Shown here: one piece after another, positions 19,240 through 26,087 of the stretch
Numbering within the stretch: the first letter of the stretch is position 1
Layout of the letters: every line of letters begins with the position of its first letter
Source: Pseudomonas phage PAE2
Direction: 5' to 3' (one strand)
Length of the DNA: 35,826 bases
Sequence record: OK041467.1
Program-made: the position numbers and the translations under genes
The notes under the pieces: generated by a model
The model's database searches: none
What the model saw: only the letters and a program-made list of their open reading frames with translations
Told to the model about the DNA's origin: nothing

Positions 19240-19607
19240 TCCCCACCTCCCATAGACTTTCCGATCTCGGCGGCGGCGCGGACGATGGCTCGCCGAGTTG
19301 CACGCGGGCCGTCACGTTCGAATATTTCGTGTACCGCTTCCGGCGCGCCATCCCAAGCGCCGCCCACTATGACGGCGACGCCTGCGTCATAGCTTTCGTA
19401 GCGGATGTCCAGGTTCAGACGCACCGCTAAGCGCAGTGCATCGCCGTCGTCCATGAGGGGGCGCCAGTAGAGCCACTTCGAGCATGGTGATTTTGGCTCA
19501 GGAAAAACGCGGCGCTCGAACGATCCGAGATAGATGTCGTCGTCTCGCCAGCGCACCTCAATCCCCGCCGCCCGCGCCGCCAGTTCGAGTAGTTCGCGGT
19601 CGTTCAT
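19236..19607 (-). CDS. hypothetical protein (possibly related to the 18507-18872 product)
   Basis: 123 aa; ELLELAARAAGIEVRW...WRPL..DGDALRLAVRLNLDI shares an A-L-x-W / W-P layout with the DUF2591-like neighbour. Confidence 0.5.
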   Translation of the reverse strand: MNDRELLELAARAAGIEVRWRDDDIYLGSFERRVFPEPKSPCSKWLYWRPLMDDGDALRLAVRLNLDIRYESYDAGVAVIVGGAWDGAPEAVHEIFERDGPRATRRAIVRAAAEIGKSMGGGE

Positions 19608-19999
19608 TGCGTTGCTCCTTCTATGGCTGCGTCGATGATTCCGTCCAGGTCTTCACATTCATCGGCTCCATCCCCGTTGATAACTATCTCAATGTCTCGG
19701 CACATGACGTCCCATTGACGAGTGCACCTATCGCGCAGCCACCGATACCGCTCAGCATCCTTCGCCATGCGCCGAATCTGCTCTGGAATGCTGACATTGC
19801 CGCCGTCTGGAGGGTCCATGTATTCGGTGCCGGGAAGGGCGCTTGCGCATTGACTAAGCTCTTCCTCCAGCCGCTCCACCTCGCCAATCAGACCGAGAAT
19901 TTCTTGTGGTTTTGCTGATGCTAATAGCGCTACGTAACTATCAAATGTGCAATCAAGAGCCCGCTCTGCCAACACCTTCAGCCTGTTGAAGTCGGTCAT
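19604..19999 (-). CDS. small coiled-coil protein, tandem paralog 1
   Basis: MTDFNRLKVLAERALD...ILGLIGEVERLEEEL; shares N-terminal and central motifs with the next two genes. Confidence 0.5.
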   Translation of the reverse strand: MTDFNRLKVLAERALDCTFDSYVALLASAKPQEILGLIGEVERLEEELSQCASALPGTEYMDPPDGGNVSIPEQIRRMAKDAERYRWLRDRCTRQWDVMCRDIEIVINGDGADECEDLDGIIDAAIEGATQ

Positions 20000-20334
20000 T
20001 TGGTGGTTCCCTTGGTGAGAACAGTGCGAGCGATTACAACAGACCGAGCATCGCTACATGATGCATTGGAGATTTGAGAGAGAGCTTCACGCAGCGCCTC
20101 GTTCTCCGCCCTCAGCCGGTCGCGCTCTTTCGCTGCCCTGGTGCCGTCCTTGATCAGCTTCTTCGTGCACTTGCTGTTGGCGTTCAGCGAGCCACGCATG
20201 CTGCTGGTATCTGCGCGAAGCTTTTCCACTTCTTCAATCAGCCCAAGAACATCAGCACTGATATCAGGGCCTGCGCTGCCTGCACGGATCGCTAAAGCTT
20301 CAGCCCACACTTTCAGCTTGTTGATATCGCTCAT
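19996..20334 (-). CDS. small coiled-coil protein, tandem paralog 2
   Basis: MSDINKLKVWAEALA...VLGLIEEVEKLRADT...RDRLRAENEALREAL. Confidence 0.5.
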   Translation of the reverse strand: MSDINKLKVWAEALAIRAGSAGPDISADVLGLIEEVEKLRADTSSMRGSLNANSKCTKKLIKDGTRAAKERDRLRAENEALREALSQISNASCSDARSVVIARTVLTKGTTK

Positions 20335-20594
20335 GGCTTTGCTCCTTTGAGGATTTCGTTAAGATCGATGGGGACATTGATGCTGTTCATCATCTCGGCG
20401 AACTGCTTCAGTGCCCCTCGCAGAACCTCGTTCTCCGCCTTGAGCCTGTCGATCTCGTCCAGCAGGTCTAGGATCAGCTCAGGTTCAACGCAGTCGTAGA
20501 AATCGTGCAGCCTTCTACGCTCTTCTCCTTCGTCGGCGCAGCGAGACACGTCGCATGCCTCAGCCAGCCTCCGCAGCTCTGCGTGGTCGGTCAT
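20331..20594 (-). CDS. small coiled-coil protein, tandem paralog 3 (the ORF stays open upstream to 20855)
   Basis: From ATG 20594 (GGAGG RBS, ATGA overlap with the erf stop): MTDHAELRRLAEA...ILDLLDEIDRLKAENEVLRGAL; the 5' extension overlaps the erf 3' end in another frame. Confidence 0.4.
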   Translation of the reverse strand: MTDHAELRRLAEACDVSRCADEGEERRRLHDFYDCVEPELILDLLDEIDRLKAENEVLRGALKQFAEMMNSINVPIDLNEILKGAKP

Positions 20595-21568
20595 GGTTTC
20601 TTGGCCTCCATAACTACGTTCGGCTCGTACCAGGGCGAGCAGAAGAGCACTCGCGCACGCTTGTGTCGCTCGGTCATCGCGTTTACAGCGGCGCACATGG
20701 CAGCCTTCGGTGCATCGAATGGTTCTCCGACTGTTTCCCATAGCAAAGTCCACATCAACGTCGTCATAGTCAAAGTTAGGGTCATTGGATTTCCTAAGAT
20801 CGGCGTAACCGCCCATAGCTTTGGTAACCCACGCTTCAAACTCGTGGTGAAGCATCCGCCCTTACTGGGGGCCTTCCACAGTTTGGTTTTCGTTTCTTCA
20901 TCCAGGGTGAACCACTCTTCGGCGGCGGTGCTGTAGTCGCCTTCCAAGATCCCAAGCTTGATGGCGTCGACGCTTGCCTGGCATTGCTTTACGAGGCGTT
21001 CATAGTCGTTCTCCGCCGCAGCGGCAGTGAACGCATCGTCGTCCTCGCCGTGCGTGGTGAAGTTCAGCAGGGCGCCTGCTGTGTAGCGCTTGCCGTAACT
21101 GACGGAACTGGCAACGGCTTGGACGGCGTTCTTGTTGCCGCTGGTGTCTGCCGGCAGCACGATGGTAGTGCGCTCGCTGTGCCCTGCGCGGTGCGTCAGC
21201 ACTCCTTCAACTTCGATGCCTTTCTCGCAGCGCGGCATGCGGAAGCTGATGGAGAAGCCATGCTTCGCCAGGATCGGCTTGAGCTTTTCGTTGATGTCTT
21301 CCCACAGGGCGTATGTGTATCGCCCCGCTGCGTTTCCACGCTCGCCGATGGCAGGGAGTTCCTGTTGCATGGCTGCCATGGCTGCGGCGTACTGCTGTTC
21401 CGCCTGCTTTGACTGCATGCGCTCATGCATGGCCATCAAGCGCTCGAGCTTCTCGATATCGCACGATGGATCGGATGCAGCTTTCTGAATCACTTGAAGC
21501 ACTGTCGTTGCTTCGCTTGCTTGGATGACGGCAGCACTTTCCTGCCGCTGTGCAACTGCGTTGCTCAT
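20591..21568 (-). CDS. erf: ERF-family single-strand annealing recombinase (C-terminal extent uncertain)
   Basis: GRYTYALWEDINEKLKPILAKHGFSISF matches the ERF core (YxYA.L.DV...L...GLS); the last ~90 aa (Trp/Thr/Met/Leu-rich) look like an out-of-frame read, while the alternative frame 20595-20855 reads as a more protein-like Cys-containing sequence. Confidence 0.65.
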   Translation of the reverse strand: MSNAVAQRQESAAVIQASEATTVLQVIQKAASDPSCDIEKLERLMAMHERMQSKQAEQQYAAAMAAMQQELPAIGERGNAAGRYTYALWEDINEKLKPILAKHGFSISFRMPRCEKGIEVEGVLTHRAGHSERTTIVLPADTSGNKNAVQAVASSVSYGKRYTAGALLNFTTHGEDDDAFTAAAAENDYERLVKQCQASVDAIKLGILEGDYSTAAEEWFTLDEETKTKLWKAPSKGGCFTTSLKRGLPKLWAVTPILGNPMTLTLTMTTLMWTLLWETVGEPFDAPKAAMCAAVNAMTERHKRARVLFCSPWYEPNVVMEAKKP

Positions 21569-21625
21569 CGGTTGTACCTCGGTATCAGGAGTAGGCCGCG
21601 CATGCGCAGCCAGTGAAGGGAGGGG

Positions 21626-22027
21626 TTAGCGGTTACGCCAAGCTTCAGCTAGCTCGTTTTTCAGGCGCTCTACTTGGCGTTCAAGCTGTTCAATACGGGC
21701 GTCTTTGATCTGCTCGCCCATAGCCTCGCAAAGCGGCTTAACCATGTCGGACCAGCTGCTCATGAAGACGTAATGGTTCTGTCCATAGCCGTCGCTAACC
21801 ACTGCGTGGTTTTCATGAACCTCGAACTTCCCTGCGATCAGGTTGCGAACGCATCCAGAAACACGGTTACCTATGTTGGCTTCCGTATCCGTAATGACAT
21901 AGGGCAGGTAGTCGGTGTAAAGCTGCCCCATGACTCCGTCGATAACGGCCTTTGCTTCATCTTTCAGCTTGGCCATTGCTGCGGTCAGGATTTCCTCCTG
22001 CACCGCTTCGGGCGATTTAACGTCCAT
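21626..22027 (-). CDS. hypothetical protein
   Basis: 133-aa ORF with GGAG RBS and a coiled-coil C-terminus. Confidence 0.5.
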   Translation of the reverse strand: MDVKSPEAVQEEILTAAMAKLKDEAKAVIDGVMGQLYTDYLPYVITDTEANIGNRVSGCVRNLIAGKFEVHENHAVVSDGYGQNHYVFMSSWSDMVKPLCEAMGEQIKDARIEQLERQVERLKNELAEAWRNR

Positions 22028-22168
22028 ATCGTTCTCCAGGTAGAAGGGGAAAGGCGCTTACGGCGCCACTCGGCAGCGTCACCCCTGCGGGATGAATAGC
22101 GTTGCGCTAGAAGCCGCTGCTGCGGGTGTTTTCTTCATGCCGCCCACCGCCCGCTGGGGAAGCCGCAG

Positions 22169-22339
22169 TTATCCCCTAGGGCCTGCTGCGGACAGGTGCG
22201 TAGCTGGTTGTTCTGCGGTGACTTCGCCAGTGATTGCGCCGCCGAGATCGATTGCCTTGAACACGATCAGGATCGCAACCATCGCGCCGAGCAGGGTGCG
22301 CTTGGTGTAGAGCATGATTCGCTTGAAGTGGTGGTTCAT
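22169..22339 (-). CDS. small membrane protein (56 aa, single TM helix)
   Basis: Hand-translated MNHHFKRIMLYTKRTLLGAMVAILIVFKAIDLGGAITGEVTAEQPATHLSAAGPRG; its ATG overlaps the upstream stop (ATGA); it fills an otherwise ORF-free 300-bp gap. Confidence 0.4.
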   Translation of the reverse strand: MNHHFKRIMLYTKRTLLGAMVAILIVFKAIDLGGAITGEVTAEQPATHLSAAGPRG

Positions 22340-22776
22340 GGCATGGTCGCCTGGATGCTAGATTCGACCCAGTCGCGCATACGCCTCCAGCGATGCTCTG
22401 GCGTTTCGCGCCCCCACTTCATCGAGCCATCGTCCTGCCTCTGGTAGGAGCCAGGGTATTCGTCGTTCTCGAAAACGATCTCAGCGGCCAGAGCAGGAGC
22501 GATGTCGAAAGCCGCCGCTACAGTCTCTCGGCAATTCGGGTCGATCCCGCTCATGTCTATCCCGCGCCTGGCGCCGAGAACGCCGAGGGCGCAGAACTGG
22601 CCGTCAGCCTCTAGCACATCTGCGATAAGGCGTTTTTCTGGCATAGCATCCAGAGCCTCGCGCAACTCGATCAGGAAGGCCTGCCCACGCTTGCCCTTAA
22701 TTGCTGAGCTGACCGCGCCCCGCCAGCAGATCAAAGACCAGTTGTCCAAATCGTCGCAATATCCACTTCTGCTCAT
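22336..22776 (-). CDS. hypothetical protein
   Basis: 146-aa ORF; ATGA-coupled on both sides. Confidence 0.5.
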   Translation of the reverse strand: MSRSGYCDDLDNWSLICWRGAVSSAIKGKRGQAFLIELREALDAMPEKRLIADVLEADGQFCALGVLGARRGIDMSGIDPNCRETVAAAFDIAPALAAEIVFENDEYPGSYQRQDDGSMKWGRETPEHRWRRMRDWVESSIQATMP

Positions 22777-22886
22777 GGCGTAACCATCCCCACGAATGCC
22801 CAGGCGAAAGCGCCGATACCTCCCACAAAAAAGCCGCCGAAGATCAGGACTTGGGCGGCCTTGGTCAGGTCTATGGTGATGGTCAT
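22773..22886 (-). CDS. small hydrophobic peptide (37 aa)
   Basis: Hand-translated MTITIDLTKAAQVLIFGGFFVGGIGAFAWAFVGMVTP; ATGA overlap at both ends within the coupled gene chain. Confidence 0.35.
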   Translation of the reverse strand: MTITIDLTKAAQVLIFGGFFVGGIGAFAWAFVGMVTP

Positions 22887-23248
22887 GTGCGTCTCTCCCT
22901 AACCAGCTTCTCGGCGTTCTCGATAAGCGTTGCTTCGAATGCGCGGAACCAGATGCGTTGTGCTAGCTCCAGGTCGCCTCGGCGCACGGCAAGCAGCAGT
23001 TGGGTCATCGGGCATTCTTTGCTGTCTACCTCGGCGAGCCACTCCGGAACGAAGCCAGCAAAGCCGTAGACAGTGAACTCCGGCCCGATAAAGGGCCTCT
23101 CTTTCCGGTCATGGAACGGCACGCAATCACCGTCCTCGCAGTTCAGGAGCTTCCCTACCTGCGCGGTGACGTACTCGCGGTCGCCGTCATCATCAGGCGG
23201 TAGCGCGTTGTCCCAGCGTTCCTGGGCGTATTTCAATGCGGTGTTCAT
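22883..23248 (-). CDS. hypothetical protein
   Basis: ATG 23248 overlaps the upstream stop (ATGA); 121 aa. Confidence 0.5.
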   Translation of the reverse strand: MNTALKYAQERWDNALPPDDDGDREYVTAQVGKLLNCEDGDCVPFHDRKERPFIGPEFTVYGFAGFVPEWLAEVDSKECPMTQLLLAVRRGDLELAQRIWFRAFEATLIENAEKLVRERRT

Positions 23249-23475
23249 GACATCACCCACACAGCAGCGCCGACATATTCGAACTCGTTCCAGTTCGCCC
23301 GGTAGTAGGCCTGCCCCCCTGGCTTTCCATCAGATCCAAGGCCCTGAACATATCCTTGAGCGCCCCAGGACTTCGGCTCTGTAACGGTCATGATGCATCC
23401 GGCGAACATCGGGTTACTCACCTCTGGAGAGAGTTGAACCAAATCGCCGGCTTTGAGATTTAGTATCTTTTCCAT
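23245..23475 (-). CDS. hypothetical protein
   Basis: 76-aa ORF, first gene downstream of the terminator at 23536-23558. Confidence 0.5.
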   Translation of the reverse strand: MEKILNLKAGDLVQLSPEVSNPMFAGCIMTVTEPKSWGAQGYVQGLGSDGKPGGQAYYRANWNEFEYVGAAVWVMS

Positions 23476-23535
23476 GTTTCACCTCGCGTTCGCGTGCATG
23501 CGGCAGCGTCCTGTCTCGCTGTCGTCATACAGGCG

Positions 23536-23558
23536 AAAAAATGCCCGGCGAACCGGGC
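23536..23558 (-). terminator. rho-independent terminator (minus strand)
   Basis: Minus-strand GCCCGG-TTCG-CCGGGC followed by TTTTTT (plus-strand A-run 23536-23541); lies about 220 nt downstream of the tRNA-like element. Confidence 0.55.
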
Positions 23559-23779
23559 TAAGAGGGGTAGGGTATGAAAGTGATCTGCGCTGCCGGCTCT
23601 ACTTGAGCTACCTCCACCCTCTGCGGTGGCGCGCTAAGCATCAGCACTACTACTACGTCAGCGGCGTGCACACCGCTTATGCCTCGTTCGTGCCTACGCA
23701 ACCCTTCACGCCCTCGCGATGGGCCATTTACGGGTTCACAGATGCGCTACAGCAGCGCAGATCACTATCATTGGTAGGG

Positions 23780-23904
23780 TGGTGCTGCGCGCTGGATTCG
23801 AACCAGCGTCTTCCGGATTAAGGGTCCGGTGCTCTGTCCTTCACGCTTACTGTCCTATGCCTAGGGCCTTCGGCGTGTTGGCGCTCCACTGAGCTAGCGC
23901 AGAC
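23780..23904 (-). ncRNA. tRNA-like element: canonical tRNA 3' half (anticodon-arm-like hairpin, 5-nt variable loop, T-arm GCTGG-TTCGAAT-CCAGC, acceptor GCGCAGC, A, CCA) joined to a degenerate 5' half with a ~50-nt insertion; possible tRNA pseudogene or vestigial att fragment
   Basis: Minus-strand 3' end ...CCGGACCCTTAATCCGG AAGAC GCTGGTTCGAATCCAGC GCGCAGC A CCA; the 5' end TCTGCGC pairs 6/7 with the acceptor and is followed by the D-arm-like TAGCTCAGTGGAGCGC; total 125 nt, too long for a normal tRNA; flanked by TAGGGTGG direct repeats at 23774-23781 and 23905-23912. Confidence 0.4.
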
Positions 23905-24007
23905 TAGGGTGGGGATGGCCGGAGTTTCACCGGCGGCTTAATTGGTCACTACCAATAAGCTATTACCGCTATTCGCATGCGATACTCATCCCCATTGAAG
24001 GGTGGCG

Positions 24008-24322
24008 TTAGGCGGTAGCCTTGGCGATTGCGGCAGTCATCAGCTCATGGATGGCGTCGTACTCCTTAACCGATTCAGGCGATAGGAAGCCCGATCCGCT
24101 CGGCTCGACGACATCCCACAAACGACCGTACAGACGCTTGAAGGCTTGGCACGCCTCAAGCAGATCTGGCGCGGCCTGCATCAGTTGTGCAACAGCTTCA
24201 AGTTCAGACTTTGGCGTGTGAGCGCCATGAATCTGAGCAGAAAACCGGTTGAAGTTGTGAGGGTTTAAGGCGTAAACGGTCGTGCCGTCTCGATACCAAG
24301 GACCTGGCGTGTGCTTCATCAT
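24008..24322 (-). CDS. hypothetical protein (MKHTPGPW N-terminus)
   Basis: 104-aa ORF. Confidence 0.5.
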   Translation of the reverse strand: MMKHTPGPWYRDGTTVYALNPHNFNRFSAQIHGAHTPKSELEAVAQLMQAAPDLLEACQAFKRLYGRLWDVVEPSGSGFLSPESVKEYDAIHELMTAAIAKATA

Positions 24323-24337
24323 CTGTTCTCCTGCCTG

Positions 24338-24601
24338 TCAGGCGTCTTGCGGTGGTTCGGGCAGGGGCATCCAGTGGGTGGTTTCAGGCCGTTCTACATG
24401 GCCCGGTCCATCGGCACAGGTTTCGATGCGCTGGCAAGAATCCTCGGCCAGCATCCAGAAACCGCCTTCATCCGAGCCTTCGTCAGATTCCCATCGGTCG
24501 AACTCGGGAGCGAAACAGTCCTGGCCCGGCCACTTTCGGCAAACCATGACTTCATCTGAGTGCTCCGGCATACGGTCACTGCACTTGATCCACTCACTCA
24601 T
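24338..24601 (-). CDS. DUF551-family phage protein
   Basis: MSEWIKCSDRMPE...THWMPLPEPP matches the DUF551 signature (MSEWIS..DRLPE...W.PLPEPP); strong GGTGAGGTGAG RBS. Confidence 0.7.
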   Translation of the reverse strand: MSEWIKCSDRMPEHSDEVMVCRKWPGQDCFAPEFDRWESDEGSDEGGFWMLAEDSCQRIETCADGPGHVERPETTHWMPLPEPPQDA

Positions 24602-24925
24602 ATCTCACCTCACCAATACATAGTCAGAAACAGCACAACGAACAGCGCTGCGAACTCGCCAAGGTCTGGCATGGATTCCTCTCTTGCCCGGGGGCTTATG
24701 ATTGGCTGTATGGGGGAGTGGTCTGGCCGGTGCTGATCTCCGGCATTCTGCCTCGTCGCGATTGCATGGATGCGGCAGCACTTTGCAATCGGTATCGCTG
24801 CGCATCAGCCTGCGCATTCAGACCACTCTCCGATACAGCCTGGCGATGGGGAGCCAGGTGGATCGGGCCTGCGTTGGGGAACCCGGCAGGCGCGGGTGAT
24901 GCCCTGCTACCGGCAGGGCGGCGGG

Positions 24926-25093
24926 TTAGAGTTCCAGATCAGCATGGAAACGACGCGCCTCAAGCTCCTCAGGAGGAATCTCGTAATCACCTGAGCTTGC
25001 CTCGCTCACAGCGATATCTAGCGCGTCCTCTTCGCTGTCTGCTTCAACGACAACGATGCAGGTTGCTGTCAACAAACATTGATAGTGCGGCAT
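24926..25093 (-). CDS. small acidic protein (55 aa)
   Basis: GAGGAAAGG RBS 3 nt upstream of ATG 25093; translates to MPHYQCLLTATCIVVVEADSEEDALDIAVSEASSGDYEIPPEELEARRFHADLEL; preceded by the GCCCCGG-TTCG-CCGGGGC hairpin; below the ORF-track cutoff. Confidence 0.35.
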   Translation of the reverse strand: MPHYQCLLTATCIVVVEADSEEDALDIAVSEASSGDYEIPPEELEARRFHADLEL

Positions 25094-25135
25094 GTCCTTT
25101 CCTCGGTGATGCCCCGGCGAACCGGGGCGGGGTGG

Positions 25136-25318
25136 TTAGGCCGGGAAAATCTCGGCCGCCGTAAAGGCGGCGATGCGACCGCTATTCAGAATTACGAAAA
25201 CAGGGAATGAGCAGTTCTCGCGAATCTCGCTGACTACGCCGTGGCCACCGCCTTGCGCATAGACCTTCTGTCCAACCGACAGCTTCTTAAGGGTGTCGCT
25301 AAAAACTACGGTTTTCAT
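25136..25318 (-). CDS. hypothetical 60-aa protein, first gene of the PL operon
   Basis: GGAGGG RBS 7 nt upstream of ATG 25318 (MKTVVFSDTLKKLSVGQKVYAQGGGHGVVSEI...); the in-frame upstream extension to 25522 is Arg-rich and lacks a convincing RBS. Confidence 0.45.
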   Translation of the reverse strand: MKTVVFSDTLKKLSVGQKVYAQGGGHGVVSEIRENCSFPVFVILNSGRIAAFTAAEIFPA

Positions 25319-25528
25319 CGTCTTGCCCTCCAGGGCGTGTTGACTTCCTCGATGCGCCTGTCTCCAGGCGCATCTGAGAAATCTTGGTGTTTCTCGCAAA
25401 CCCTCACGCCGGTAGCCGGTGGTGAGCGCATTGCGCATTTCGTACCGTCCAACAGGTCTCACTTGCCTACCTCCGCAAACGATGCCCGATTGCAGAAGCG
25501 TTACTGGCGCCTGTTGGCTCATGCCTGG

Positions 25529-25541
25529 TTGTTAAAGAGCG
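25529..25541 (-). promoter_or_regulatory. nutL boxA-like element (CGCTCTTTAACAA on the transcript)
   Basis: Matches the lambdoid/P22 boxA consensus CGCUCUUUAACA, about +40 in the PL leader; a GCUGC-AGAACAAC-GCAGC hairpin (25561-25578) sits at the transcript 5' end. Confidence 0.4.
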
Positions 25542-25587
25542 GTCGGCTCGGTGGCCTGGCGCTGCGTTGTTCTGCAGCGTTGAGAAA

Positions 25588-25616
25588 ACATTAACCGCAG
25601 GTAGGTCTTTAGTCAA
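25588..25616 (-). promoter_or_regulatory. PL early-left promoter (-35 TTGACT, 17-bp spacer, -10 TAATGT)
   Basis: The -35 (plus AGTCAA 25611-25616) lies in the OL spacer and the -10 (plus ACATTA 25588-25593) overlaps the left half-site. Confidence 0.45.
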
Positions 25617-25629
25617 TACCTGCGGTTAA
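25591..25629. promoter_or_regulatory. OL operator: perfect 13-bp inverted repeat TTAACCGCAGGTA-N13-TACCTGCGGTTAA
   Basis: Perfect palindrome; the same ACCTGCGGTTAA motif recurs three times between cI and cro and, as far as I saw, nowhere else in the window. Confidence 0.6.
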
Positions 25630-25648
25630 TAATATTTGCGAAGACATG

Positions 25649-25670
25649 AAAAAGCCCGCCGAAGCGGGCT
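25649..25670 (-). terminator. rho-independent terminator ending the cI-lipoprotein transcript
   Basis: Minus-strand AGCCCGC-TTCG-GCGGGCT followed by TTTTT; 22 nt downstream of the lipoprotein stop. Confidence 0.65.
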
Positions 25671-25691
25671 CTAACTGTCAGAATCGATGCT

Positions 25692-26087
25692 CTACCTAGC
25701 CACTCCTCGGCATGAGTCAAAACACTGCTCTGGGGTGCGAGAGGTATTGGCTTTGCAGGCCGCAATGCATTGCTCGATGGAGTTCGTAACGGGGGCAGCA
25801 TTAGAAAATGCCGCCGAGCAGCGTAGGAGAGCCGCCCTGTTCTCAAGAGCTGCCGTGTTCTTTGCGGCAACAGCATTCCAGATCGCAGCGTTGCCAGACA
25901 TCATCGCCGGCGCAGAATTCTGCCGTGCGATCTCCTGGCGAATCATGCCGCATTGCTCTATGCGGGCATTCTCATCAGCAGGCATGGGGAGGCTATCCAC
26001 TTTGTCGGCGTAGGTCTGGCACCCAGCCAATACCGTAAGTGTCGCAAGAAAAATTGCTCTCAAAGACCACCCCCGCCCATTCTCCAC
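25692..26087 (-). CDS. Cys-rich lipoprotein co-transcribed with the repressor (lysogenic-conversion or superinfection-exclusion candidate)
   Basis: Signal peptide MENGRGWSLRAIFLATLTVLAGC with lipobox LAGC; 8 Cys in the mature part; its start overlaps the cI 3' end by 28 nt; followed by the terminator. Confidence 0.55.
   Translation of the reverse strand: MENGRGWSLRAIFLATLTVLAGCQTYADKVDSLPMPADENARIEQCGMIRQEIARQNSAPAMMSGNAAIWNAVAAKNTAALENRAALLRCSAAFSNAAPVTNSIEQCIAACKANTSRTPEQCFDSCRGVAR

Noticed and set aside
23453-23821. 122-aa plus-strand ORF in the non-coding island
   Set aside because: Its translation is low-complexity (YYYVSGVH, RCRLYLSY). It lies on the wrong strand for this operon and spans the terminator and the tRNA-like element.
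23780-23904. Calling the tRNA-like element a functional tRNA gene (for example tRNA-Lys CUU)
   Set aside because: It is 125 nt with a ~50-nt insertion between the D-arm relic and the anticodon stem. C33 replaces the universal U33, and pair 1:72 is mismatched. I report it as a tRNA-like element or pseudogene instead.
24610-24672. 20-aa hydrophobic minus-strand ORF (MPDLGEFAALFVVLFLTMYW) ending 8 nt before the DUF551 gene
   Set aside because: It is too short to support, has no clear RBS, and overlaps the DUF551 Shine-Dalgarno region.
25319-25522. Arg-rich N-terminal extension of the first PL gene as a possible N-like antiterminator
   Set aside because: There is no Shine-Dalgarno before the ATG at 25522, and the Arg-rich stretch is not at the extreme N-terminus. 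The downstream ATG 25318 has a strong GGAGGG RBS. This is left as an open question in the nutL finding.
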